Positions 10,991 to 19,900 of a DNA stretch of 64,000 nucleotides are shown one piece after another. The position numbers were made by a program, and so were the translations under genes. Each line of letters starts with the position of its first letter. Positions within the stretch are counted from its first letter, which is position 1. The notes under the pieces were generated by a model. That model saw only the letters and a list, made by a program, of their open reading frames with translations. It was not told the origin of the DNA and ran no database searches. Where the stretch lies: assembly GCA_965223295.1 (NCBI GenBank), contig CBDCWC010000002.1, forward strand, positions 288,001 through 352,000, read 5' to 3'. The stretch is from Nitrospirales bacterium. Lineage in GTDB: Bacteria; Nitrospirota; Nitrospiria; Nitrospirales; UBA8639.

Positions 10991-11194
10991 GAAGTGTAAT
11001 CGATGGGGTTTTGGTATGCCCAAACTTCTCTACCGCTAGAAGAGCGAGAAAGTTTGGTGTTGTCACCATATTCTTAGAGAATTGAACGACTGAAAATAAT
11101 TTAGAAAAGCAACAGAAAATTTGGACTATAAATTTAATTTAGCGTTTGATTTTTTATTCACCAAACAACGTCTTAGGTAAAGGAGGCCGGAGTT

Positions 11195-14100
11195 ATGTAT
11201 CAGGGCAATCGGACGTTATTGACTATTTCCGCGTTCTTGGCACTGTTTGGGGGAGCAACCTTCGAGGGAACTTCGTCCATAGCAAGCGCTGAGGATGCTC
11301 CGACTGAGCATGTTCATTCTGTTGGGATGACATCACAATCGCCTGGCTGGGCTGAAAAGCTGAAGGGGCAAACGATTATCGAAAATTCCATGGAGGGGCG
11401 TGCCGAGCGTGCGGCTTTAGTGGAACAACAACATCAACGGATGATGCAGCAAATGCAGAAAGACATGGACCACAACGGCGACAATACCGGCGCCTTTAAT
11501 TCCATGTCGATGATTCATCAATATGGTGGTGGCCCAGGAAATGGTTTACTGGCCACGAATTCAGGTGCTGAACCGGTGTCCGGGAAAGGCGGGTTATGTC
11601 CGAAGACCGCTCCCGTTCGTGACTACGACATTTCAGCGATCAATGCAGAAATTACCTTAAATCAATGGCTGGACTACTATCCTGGCTACATGTACACCTT
11701 GACCGAAAATGTTGAGAAGGTGCGTGAAGAAGAAGCCAAGAATGCCGCGGCTCGTGAAGCGGAAGGCCATCATGATCCAGGTGGTGTGAAAAATGGCATC
11801 CAAGATCAATGGATTCAACCATTGGTGATTCGAGGCAACCAAGGAGATTGTGTCAAGATTACGCTTCGTAACCAATTAGAGTTCGGTGAAGAAGTCAGCT
11901 TGCACATTAATGGCTCGGATATGGTGATGAGTGAAACGGGAAAGCCAGCTCTCACCACCAATGCTGATTCTGTTGCTGAAGAAGGTGAAGCCATCAATAT
12001 GGAGTGGTACATTCATCCTGAAACCCAAGAGGGTGGCCGCCAGTTTCATACCTTCAGCAATGATCGAGAACTCACCGTCATGGGCTTGTTTGGCGTGTTT
12101 GTTGTTGAACCTCGAAACTCCGAATATTATGAGCCGTTAGGGACCGGCCCAGCAACGAAAGCCAGCAGTGGTTGGCAAGTCATGATTGATAATGGGGACG
12201 GTCCAGACTTTCGGGAATTCGTGCTGATCTATCATGAGGTGGGTGATGAGGCATTTCGTCCCGTCAATAAGCATGGGGATTTCTTGCCGCAACGTGATCC
12301 ATTAACGGATGCCTATCGACCAGGCGCGCGCGCGCTCAATTATCGTAGTGAGCCGTTCGGCATCAACAATATGCATGTGCAGCATGAATATTTTGGATTC
12401 GAAGATGAATCCATGGCGTATAGTTCCTATACGTTTGGTGATGCGGCTCCGACTATTCCCAGAAGTTATCTAGGGGATCCCGCCAAATTCCGCATTGTGC
12501 ATGGCGGATCGGAAGTCTTTCATTCACATCATCCACATGGTGGTTCGATTCGTTGGCAACGCAGTCCACGAGCTACGCAAATGCCTGTGTGGAATACGGG
12601 CCAAAGTGGTCCGGTTAAATACCCTGTCGTCCGTACGAAGTCGGATCGGGTTGACGTAGAAGTGATTGGGCCGGCTGAGGCCTTAGATTTGGAAACCGAA
12701 TGTGGGTCGGGTCTATGCCAATGGTTAGCGGGAGACTTTCTTTTCCATTGTCATGTGGCGCATCACTATGTAGCTGGAATGTGGGGGTATTGGCGGGTGT
12801 ATAACACCATGCAAATTCCTGGCATGCAAAACGATGTGATGGCGCCGATGCGTGAATTGCCTGATCGTATTGGTCGGATTCACAAACCAGTTTCATCGGA
12901 TCAATTAGTGGGTCAAACGGTGAATTGGTTTGGCAAGCAATTTAAGATTACTGGAGGTGGGAAGAGTAACTGGAAATCCAATCCTGCAGTGGTGAATATC
13001 AAAGATTGGGTAGAAATGCAGTTGTCCAATCAAGGCAAGCCCGGTAACGTTGATGATGAAAAAGGACAGCTTGTGGCCTATGATGCCACGGTCATGGATT
13101 GGATCTGGGACGGCAATAAGGCCATGAGTGAGAAGGAAGCCACATTGGGTGAAAATCCCAAATACCAACCAGAATGGCAGGGGTATAAGCCTGGCGAACG
13201 ACACCCCATTATGTTTGAACCAACCACGGGGAAAGTGGCCTGGCCATGGTTGACCCCGCATTTTGGCAAACGCGTGCCGTTTTCCAATGATCATAATGGT
13301 GCGCCATGGCTCGAAATGATTCGATTAAATGAGGATGGCACGCGGTCTGTGGAACCAGCGAAGCCTGGTGAGAACGGTCCATGGAGCTTGTGTCCCGATC
13401 GTGCAGGATCACAAGATTACAATGTGCATTTCATTAAGTTGCCGATTGAATTGTCAGCAGCCGAAGGAGATGAGCCGGCTATTGTCGATCCGAATGGGCT
13501 CCTCTACGTGGTGCATGAAGAAGAAGCTGATGTACGAGCCAACAATGATAAAAAATTCCCGTTAGTCGTGCGAGCCAATGTGTATGATTGTATTGATTGG
13601 ACATTAACCAGTGAATGGTTGGATGATGATATCACCAACTTCCAATCGTCCAAGATTAATACCCATTTCCATTTCTTTCAGTTTGATAATCAAGCCTCGG
13701 ATGGGGTGATTTCAGGGTTTTCGTATGAGCAATCCATGCGACCGTTCACGCAGTTTGATAAGCCGACGAAAAAAGGGTTGCCCATTCCAATGAATGCCAA
13801 AGTCACGAAGGCTGCGAAGAAAGGTGACAAAACCCTTCAGGTGACGAATGCCAAACAATATCATGTCGGCATTCCTATCTTGATTGGTGCTGATAATGTA
13901 AAAGGCCAAGAAGTTCAGCGTATTGTGAAAATTGATGGTAATACGTTGACGTTTGCGCATGCGTTAAGAAATGCGCATCCAGTTGATGATATCGTCACCG
14001 TTGAATATGTGCGGCAACGATTCTGGGTGGATGCAGACGTTGGCAGTGTGTTCTGGCATGACCATGCCTTTGGGGGGACGACCTGGCCACATGGGGCAGT

Positions 14101-16075
14101 TGGCACCATGATTGCCGAGCCGTTCAACTCCACCTGGCATGATCCTGTTACCGGAGAACGGATTCGAACGGGTCCCGTTGCCGATATTCATGCGGTGGAG
14201 CGGGTTGGCCATGATGTGGCTGGCAGCTTCCGCGAGTTGATGGTGCATATCATGGATACGGTACCGCATACGGTCAACGTCGTGACGGCCGGGAATCCTC
14301 CTGGGCAACCGATTGACGTGGCCCTTGAAGCTGGTCGGACGGTGTCATTTATTATGCCGCCAAACGACAAGATTAAGATGACGCCGATGCCATTCCTCAA
14401 TGGAGGCACCCATACAACAGGTGGGGCGTTGAATTTCAGGGCCGAGCCGTTCGCACAACGATTGGCGAACAATCCTGATCCATCTAAAATTTTCAGCAGT
14501 AAGGCTCATGGTGATCCGAGTACGGCCATGATTCGGGCCTACTTAGGCGATGCCATTGTGTTCCGGCTGTTGGATGTGACTATGAATGAAAGCAATGTGT
14601 TCACGTTATCAGGCCACACGTTCTGGTCTGAACGCTATGCTGAAGAAGCCAATCGAAAACATTCCCTGCATATTGGAATTGCCGAACGCTATGATTTGGT
14701 GGTTCCAGAAGCTGGTGGTCCACGGCATCTCGCTGGGGACTATATGTTCTTTAATGGTCGCAGCTCCAAGTTTTCGGAAGGTGCCTGGGGTATCATTCGG
14801 GTCTTAGATAAACCGGTCAAGGATCTGCAGCCGTTGCCAAACAAGGCCTATGGCGCGGAGGGTATGCCAAAACCTCTGCCAGTGTGTCCAAAAGACGCTC
14901 CAGTAAAAACGTTTAATGTTGTCGCAATGGATCATCCAGGGATGAGCTTTAATTCCAATGCCGAAGAATCCATTGAAGTTGACTTTGAACGGAAAATTGA
15001 ATTGCGGAATCCCGAGGCTAAGATCTATGTCCTCGAGGATGAAGTGAAAAAAGTATCCGGTGATGCGCAACCCATGCCGTTAACAATACGGGCCAACGTG
15101 GGTGATTGTCTGAAAGTCAAATTAACGAACAAGTTGAAAGAAGGTCGTGCATCGTTCTCGGCTTTTGGATTGGCCTTCGATCCAAAAGATTCCCAAGGTG
15201 TCAATCTTGGAAATAACGCAGGCGACCAAACCGTGGGACAGGGAGAATCCCGCACCTATACGTACTATGCGGATCCCTTTAATGGCGAAACGCAAACGTT
15301 GGTGTGGGATTGGGGCAATGTGTCTACGAATCCTCGGAATGGATTGTTCGGAGGGATCATTATTGGGCCCGAAGGCTCCACCTATCGTGATCCTAAAACT
15401 GGTGAAGATGTGTCCCTGAAAAATAGCTGGAATGCTGATGTGATTGTTGATCGCACCATTCAAGGGAATGAGGGTCGGGTCAACTATCGGGATGTCGCCT
15501 TGTACTTCCAGGACGAAGACAACATCATTGGAACCAGCTTCATGCCCTACGTGCAAAATGTGGCAGGGTTAACCGGGGTGAACTACCGAGCCGAACCCTA
15601 CTTGCACCGGGAAGAAACGGGGTGTTCGTTGGGTCGGATGTTCCAACCGTGTGAGGTGGATAATCCGCAGGATCCCGTCACCCCAACCATTGAAGCGCAT
15701 GCCGGTGACAAAGTGCGGATTCATGTCTTTGGGGCCAGCAGTGAGCAAAATGGGATGTTCACCATTGAAAAACATGAATGGCCAATTGAGCCTTTCTTAC
15801 CCGGTGCGGACATGATTAGCACCGTGGAGTTCTCGGGTTCAGAAGGTCTGGATGTGTTTCTCCCTTCAGCTGGCGGCAAATGGTCGTTGGCCGGAGATTA
15901 TGTGTGGAGTAATGGTCGGTTACCCTATTCTCAATCGGGACAATGGGGGTATCTCCGAGTATTGCCAAGCGCGGATCAACGCATTCTTCCATTGGAAGGA
16001 TCAACATCTTCCAATAAACAGGCGAAACATGATGATCTGGGTGTCCCTAAGATCATTCCTACCGTTGCGAAGTAA
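11195..16075 (+). CDS. large exported multicopper oxidase, MnxG-like (paralog 1)
   Basis: Signal peptide; HSHHPH and HCHVAHHYVAGM (T1) precede THFH and WHDH, the permuted motif order known for MnxG; AAGGAGG RBS. Confidence 0.88.
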   Translation: MYQGNRTLLTISAFLALFGGATFEGTSSIASAEDAPTEHVHSVGMTSQSPGWAEKLKGQTIIENSMEGRAERAALVEQQHQRMMQQMQKDMDHNGDNTGAFNSMSMIHQYGGGPGNGLLATNSGAEPVSGKGGLCPKTAPVRDYDISAINAEITLNQWLDYYPGYMYTLTENVEKVREEEAKNAAAREAEGHHDPGGVKNGIQDQWIQPLVIRGNQGDCVKITLRNQLEFGEEVSLHINGSDMVMSETGKPALTTNADSVAEEGEAINMEWYIHPETQEGGRQFHTFSNDRELTVMGLFGVFVVEPRNSEYYEPLGTGPATKASSGWQVMIDNGDGPDFREFVLIYHEVGDEAFRPVNKHGDFLPQRDPLTDAYRPGARALNYRSEPFGINNMHVQHEYFGFEDESMAYSSYTFGDAAPTIPRSYLGDPAKFRIVHGGSEVFHSHHPHGGSIRWQRSPRATQMPVWNTGQSGPVKYPVVRTKSDRVDVEVIGPAEALDLETECGSGLCQWLAGDFLFHCHVAHHYVAGMWGYWRVYNTMQIPGMQNDVMAPMRELPDRIGRIHKPVSSDQLVGQTVNWFGKQFKITGGGKSNWKSNPAVVNIKDWVEMQLSNQGKPGNVDDEKGQLVAYDATVMDWIWDGNKAMSEKEATLGENPKYQPEWQGYKPGERHPIMFEPTTGKVAWPWLTPHFGKRVPFSNDHNGAPWLEMIRLNEDGTRSVEPAKPGENGPWSLCPDRAGSQDYNVHFIKLPIELSAAEGDEPAIVDPNGLLYVVHEEEADVRANNDKKFPLVVRANVYDCIDWTLTSEWLDDDITNFQSSKINTHFHFFQFDNQASDGVISGFSYEQSMRPFTQFDKPTKKGLPIPMNAKVTKAAKKGDKTLQVTNAKQYHVGIPILIGADNVKGQEVQRIVKIDGNTLTFAHALRNAHPVDDIVTVEYVRQRFWVDADVGSVFWHDHAFGGTTWPHGAVGTMIAEPFNSTWHDPVTGERIRTGPVADIHAVERVGHDVAGSFRELMVHIMDTVPHTVNVVTAGNPPGQPIDVALEAGRTVSFIMPPNDKIKMTPMPFLNGGTHTTGGALNFRAEPFAQRLANNPDPSKIFSSKAHGDPSTAMIRAYLGDAIVFRLLDVTMNESNVFTLSGHTFWSERYAEEANRKHSLHIGIAERYDLVVPEAGGPRHLAGDYMFFNGRSSKFSEGAWGIIRVLDKPVKDLQPLPNKAYGAEGMPKPLPVCPKDAPVKTFNVVAMDHPGMSFNSNAEESIEVDFERKIELRNPEAKIYVLEDEVKKVSGDAQPMPLTIRANVGDCLKVKLTNKLKEGRASFSAFGLAFDPKDSQGVNLGNNAGDQTVGQGESRTYTYYADPFNGETQTLVWDWGNVSTNPRNGLFGGIIIGPEGSTYRDPKTGEDVSLKNSWNADVIVDRTIQGNEGRVNYRDVALYFQDEDNIIGTSFMPYVQNVAGLTGVNYRAEPYLHREETGCSLGRMFQPCEVDNPQDPVTPTIEAHAGDKVRIHVFGASSEQNGMFTIEKHEWPIEPFLPGADMISTVEFSGSEGLDVFLPSAGGKWSLAGDYVWSNGRLPYSQSGQWGYLRVLPSADQRILPLEGSTSSNKQAKHDDLGVPKIIPTVAK

Positions 16076-16101
16076 CCCGCAACGGGTAGATAGATGAGTG
16101 T

Positions 16102-16143
16102 AAGGCGGGGAAGTATAAAGGCTTCCCCGCCTTCTTTTTTTTT
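16102..16143 (+). terminator. intrinsic terminator
   Basis: AAGGCGGGGAAG / CTTCCCCGCCTT stem followed by a T run. Confidence 0.9.
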
Positions 16144-16271
16144 GAGTAAAGCTGTCCCTCTTAAATGGGTTAAACGAAATTCTTCCTTTCTCATCCATTC
16201 CTCAAGCGTAAGACGACAAGGCTCGGTTAGTAGGTCTCCTTCAAGTTAGTCATTCCAAAAATTCCAAAACA

Positions 16272-16462
16272 GGGGCTGTTGAAAAAAGCCACCAGCGGCG
16301 TTCTCGCCCTTTTTCCGTGCTTACGTCGTGCCGGTACGTTCCGCGCGCAAACATGGCTGTGGCCTTGCTGGATGCACTTTTTTGAACCGCCCCGAAGCTG
16401 TTGGTATCCGACGTGATCATGAGCAAATTTGCCTCTCGTGTTTCATATTATTCAACAATCCC
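16272..16462 (-). mobile_element. MITE family A, long form
   Basis: TIRs GGGGCTGTTGAA / TTCAACAATCCC; flanks AAACA / ATACA (one mismatch). Confidence 0.78.
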
Positions 16463-16467
16463 ATACA

Positions 16468-16511
16468 GGGTTTGTTTAAAAAAGCCGCTGGTGGCTTTTT
16501 TCAACAGCCCC
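16468..16511. repeat. minimal TIR-only derivative of MITE family A
   Basis: GGGTTTGTTTAAAAAAGCC-GCTGGT-GGCTTTTTTCAACAGCCCC hairpin. Confidence 0.65.
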
Positions 16512-16757
16512 ATGTTAGGCCTATTAAAAGTCTTAAAAAGGCTATACCCAAATCTCCACACTTATATCAATTTTGTGTGCAAAGATTTAGACATATAACA
16601 TATTGAATAATTACATTTATCTCCTGCCAGGTAATCTAGCCGTCCAGAAACCGAGAAAAAAGGGCCTTATCTAGACATTCTTTTTATTCTGTCTAGTTTT
16701 CCTCAAATGTGCATGGATACTGCCTACTGCTGTTGTTTGCAATACATACGACAACTT

Positions 16758-16773
16758 TGGCATTCATGTTGCG
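16758..16773 (+). promoter_or_regulatory. sigma54 promoter of oxidase paralog 2
   Basis: TGGCATTCATGTTGCG, near-consensus TGGCA-N6-TTGC. Confidence 0.75.
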
Positions 16774-16997
16774 TTTCTTTTTATTGCCGACATTGGGTGG
16801 GGTGTGATGGACCGGCCTCCGGAATGCCCAGCCTCCTGACCTAAAACGAGGATATCCAGTGTCGGCATTAATTTTTGAATGAGTAATTTTTCCAATTTAG
16901 GAAAAAATATAGAAACGCATGACACACAAAATAACAGTGGTTAGTTTGAGTTTTGATTTTTTATTCACCAAACGCCTTAAATAAAGGAGGCCGGATC

Positions 16998-19900
16998 ATG
17001 TATCACGGCAAGCGGGCTGTATTTACAGTTTCGGCATTTTTGGCACTGGTGGGAGGGGCGACCCTATGGGGGGCTCCATCCTTCGTGAGTGCTGAAGATG
17101 CAAGTTCTCAACATGTTCATCCCGTGGGGATGACATCTCAATCAGCAGAGTGGGCAGAAAAGCTCAAAGGGCAAACCGTCGTGGAAAACTCTGTCGAAGG
17201 ACGAGCGGAGCGGGCTGCCAAAGTTGAGCTTCAGCATCAACGTCTTATGGACCAAATGCAAAAAGAAATGGACCACAAGGGGGCAGATACCGGCACCTTT
17301 AATGGGATGTCCATGATGCATCAGTATGGTGGAGGAAAAGGGAATGGGTTGCTGATGTCTGATCCGGATGTTCAGCCTGTGTCAAATAAGGGTGGACGAT
17401 GTCCCGCAGGAGCGCCGGTCAAAGAGTATGATGTTTCCGCTATTAATGTGGAAATTACTCTGAATGCGTGGTTGGACTATTATCCGGGGTATATGTATGT
17501 CTTGACCGAAAATCTGGACAAGGTTCGTGCCGAAGAGGCAAAGAATGCTGCAGCTCGAGAGACGCCAGGTCACAGTGATCCCGGTGGAATTATTGCGGGG
17601 GTGCAGAATCAGTGGATTCAACCCTTGGTCATTCGTGGCAATCAAGGGGATTGTGTCAAAATTGCTTTGCGTAACCAGTTAGAATTTGGCGAAGAAGTCA
17701 GTCTGCACATTCACGGTTCGGATATGGTGATGAGCGATACGGGGAAACCTGCTCTTACGACCAACCCGGCTTCGGTAGCTGGAGAAGGCCAAACCGTTAA
17801 TATGGAATGGTACATTCATCCTGATACGCAAGAAGGTGGTCGCCAATTCCATACCAATGGGAGCAATGATCGTGAGCTCACGGTTATGGGCCTTGCTGGT
17901 GCATTCATCGTCGAACCTCGGGGTTCCAAGTATTGGGAGCCGTTGGGGACCGGTCCGGCCACAGTGGCCAAGAGTGGCTGGCAGGTGATGATCGAAAATG
18001 GGACGGGACCGGCCTTTCGAGAATTCGTCGTCATTTACCATGAGATCGGCGATGAAGCCTTCCGGCCTGTCAATAAGCATGGGGACTTCCTTCCACAGCG
18101 AGATCCGTTGACGGATGCCTATAGACCTGGCGCCCGGGCGCTAAATTACCGAAGCGAACCGTTTGGCATCAACAACATGCATATTCAACATGAGTACTTT
18201 GGGTTTGAAGACGAGTCCATGGCGTATAGCAGTTATACCTTTGCTGATGCCTCTCCGACGATTCCCCGGAGCTATTTAGGCGACCCAGCAAAGTTCCGTA
18301 TTATTCACGGTGGTTCAGAAGTGTTTCATTCCCATCATCCACATGGAGGATCGATACGCTGGCAGCGCAGCCCCAGGGCCACGCAAATGCCGGTTTGGAG
18401 TACCGGACAAAACGGACCACAAAAATATCCGGTCATCCGGACAAAATCTGATCGGGTTGATGTGGAACTCATCGGTCCAGCAGAAGCGTTGGATATGGAA
18501 ACCGAATGTGGTTCAGGTTTGTGCCAATGGTTGGCTGGAGACTTTTTATATCACTGCCATGTTGCACATCACTATGTGGCGGGCATGTGGGGATACTGGC
18601 GAGTGTACAACACCCTCCAAGTGCCTGGTTTCCAAAATGACGTGATGCCGCCAGTTCGTGAGCTTCCTGATCGAATTGGTCGGATTACCAAGCCAGTGAC
18701 TTCGGACAAATTGGTTGGGAAGACTGTCAATTGGTTTGGAGATCTCTTTAAGATTGTGGCTAGTGGGAAAAGCGACTGGAAGAGTGATCCACCGGTCGTC
18801 ACAATCAAAGATTGGGTAGAAATGCAGTTAGCGAACCAAGGAAAACCTGGAAACACGGATGATGAAAAAGGCCAGCTTGTCGCCTATGACGCCACCGTGA
18901 TGGATTGGGTGTGGGATGGTAATACAGCCATGAGTGAAAAAGAGGCCACTCTGGGGAAAAACCCTAAATACCAACCAGAATGGCAGGGGTATAAACCAGG
19001 AGAACGGCGACCTATTTGGTTTGAGCCAAAAACCGGAAAGGTTGCTTGGCCATGGCTGACTCCGCATTTTGGAAAACGGGTACCCTTCTCTAAGGATCAT
19101 AATGGAGCGCCATGGCTTGAACCCATCAAGCATGCTGAGGATGGAACGCCTAGCGTCTATCCTGCGCAGCCCGGAGAAAACGGACGGTGGAGTCTCTGTC
19201 CAGAGCGGGCTGGTCGTCAAGAATATAATGTTCACTTCATCGAAACCGAGATCACGTTAGCGGATGCTCAGGGGAGTGAACCGGCGATCGTAGATAAGCA
19301 TGGGTTGATCTATGTCGTTCATGAAGAGGAAGAGGCCGTGCGAGCCAATAACGACCTGAAGTATCCTCTGATTTTGCGAGCCAATATTTATGATTGCGTG
19401 GATTGGCTCCTCACAAGTGAATGGACGGACGATGATCTCACGAACTTCCAATCATCGAAAATTAATACCCATTTTCACTTCATTCAGTTTGATAACCAAG
19501 CCTCGGATGGTGTGATTTCGGGTTTTTCGTATGAACAGTCCATGCGACCGTTCCATCAGTTTAAGAAAGAAAAGAAAAAAGGATTGCCGGTCCCGATGAA
19601 CGCCAAGCTGACCAAGGCGGCCAAGGCCGGTGATAAGACTATCCATATTAGTAATGCCAAACAGTATCATGTTGGGATCCCCATCATGGTCGGCGTGGAT
19701 CAGGTAGGTAAATGGGAAATCGTTCGAATTGCTAAAATCGACGGGAAGACCCTGACCTTTACTCATCCGTTGAAACACGACCATGCCGTTGGTGAGATCG
19801 CGACAGTGGAATACGTCTGGCAGCGGTTCTGGGCTGATGCGGATGTCGGCACCACCTTCTGGCACGATCATGCTTTCGGTGGAACCACTTGGCCTCATGG

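Noticed and set aside
16785-16867. Assignment to a c-di-GMP-I, yybP-ykoY or hammerhead RNA
   Set aside because: Only fragmentary resemblance; the diagnostic motifs (GGCAAA/GACGCAAAGC, GGGGAGUA, CUGANGA..GAAA) are missing.
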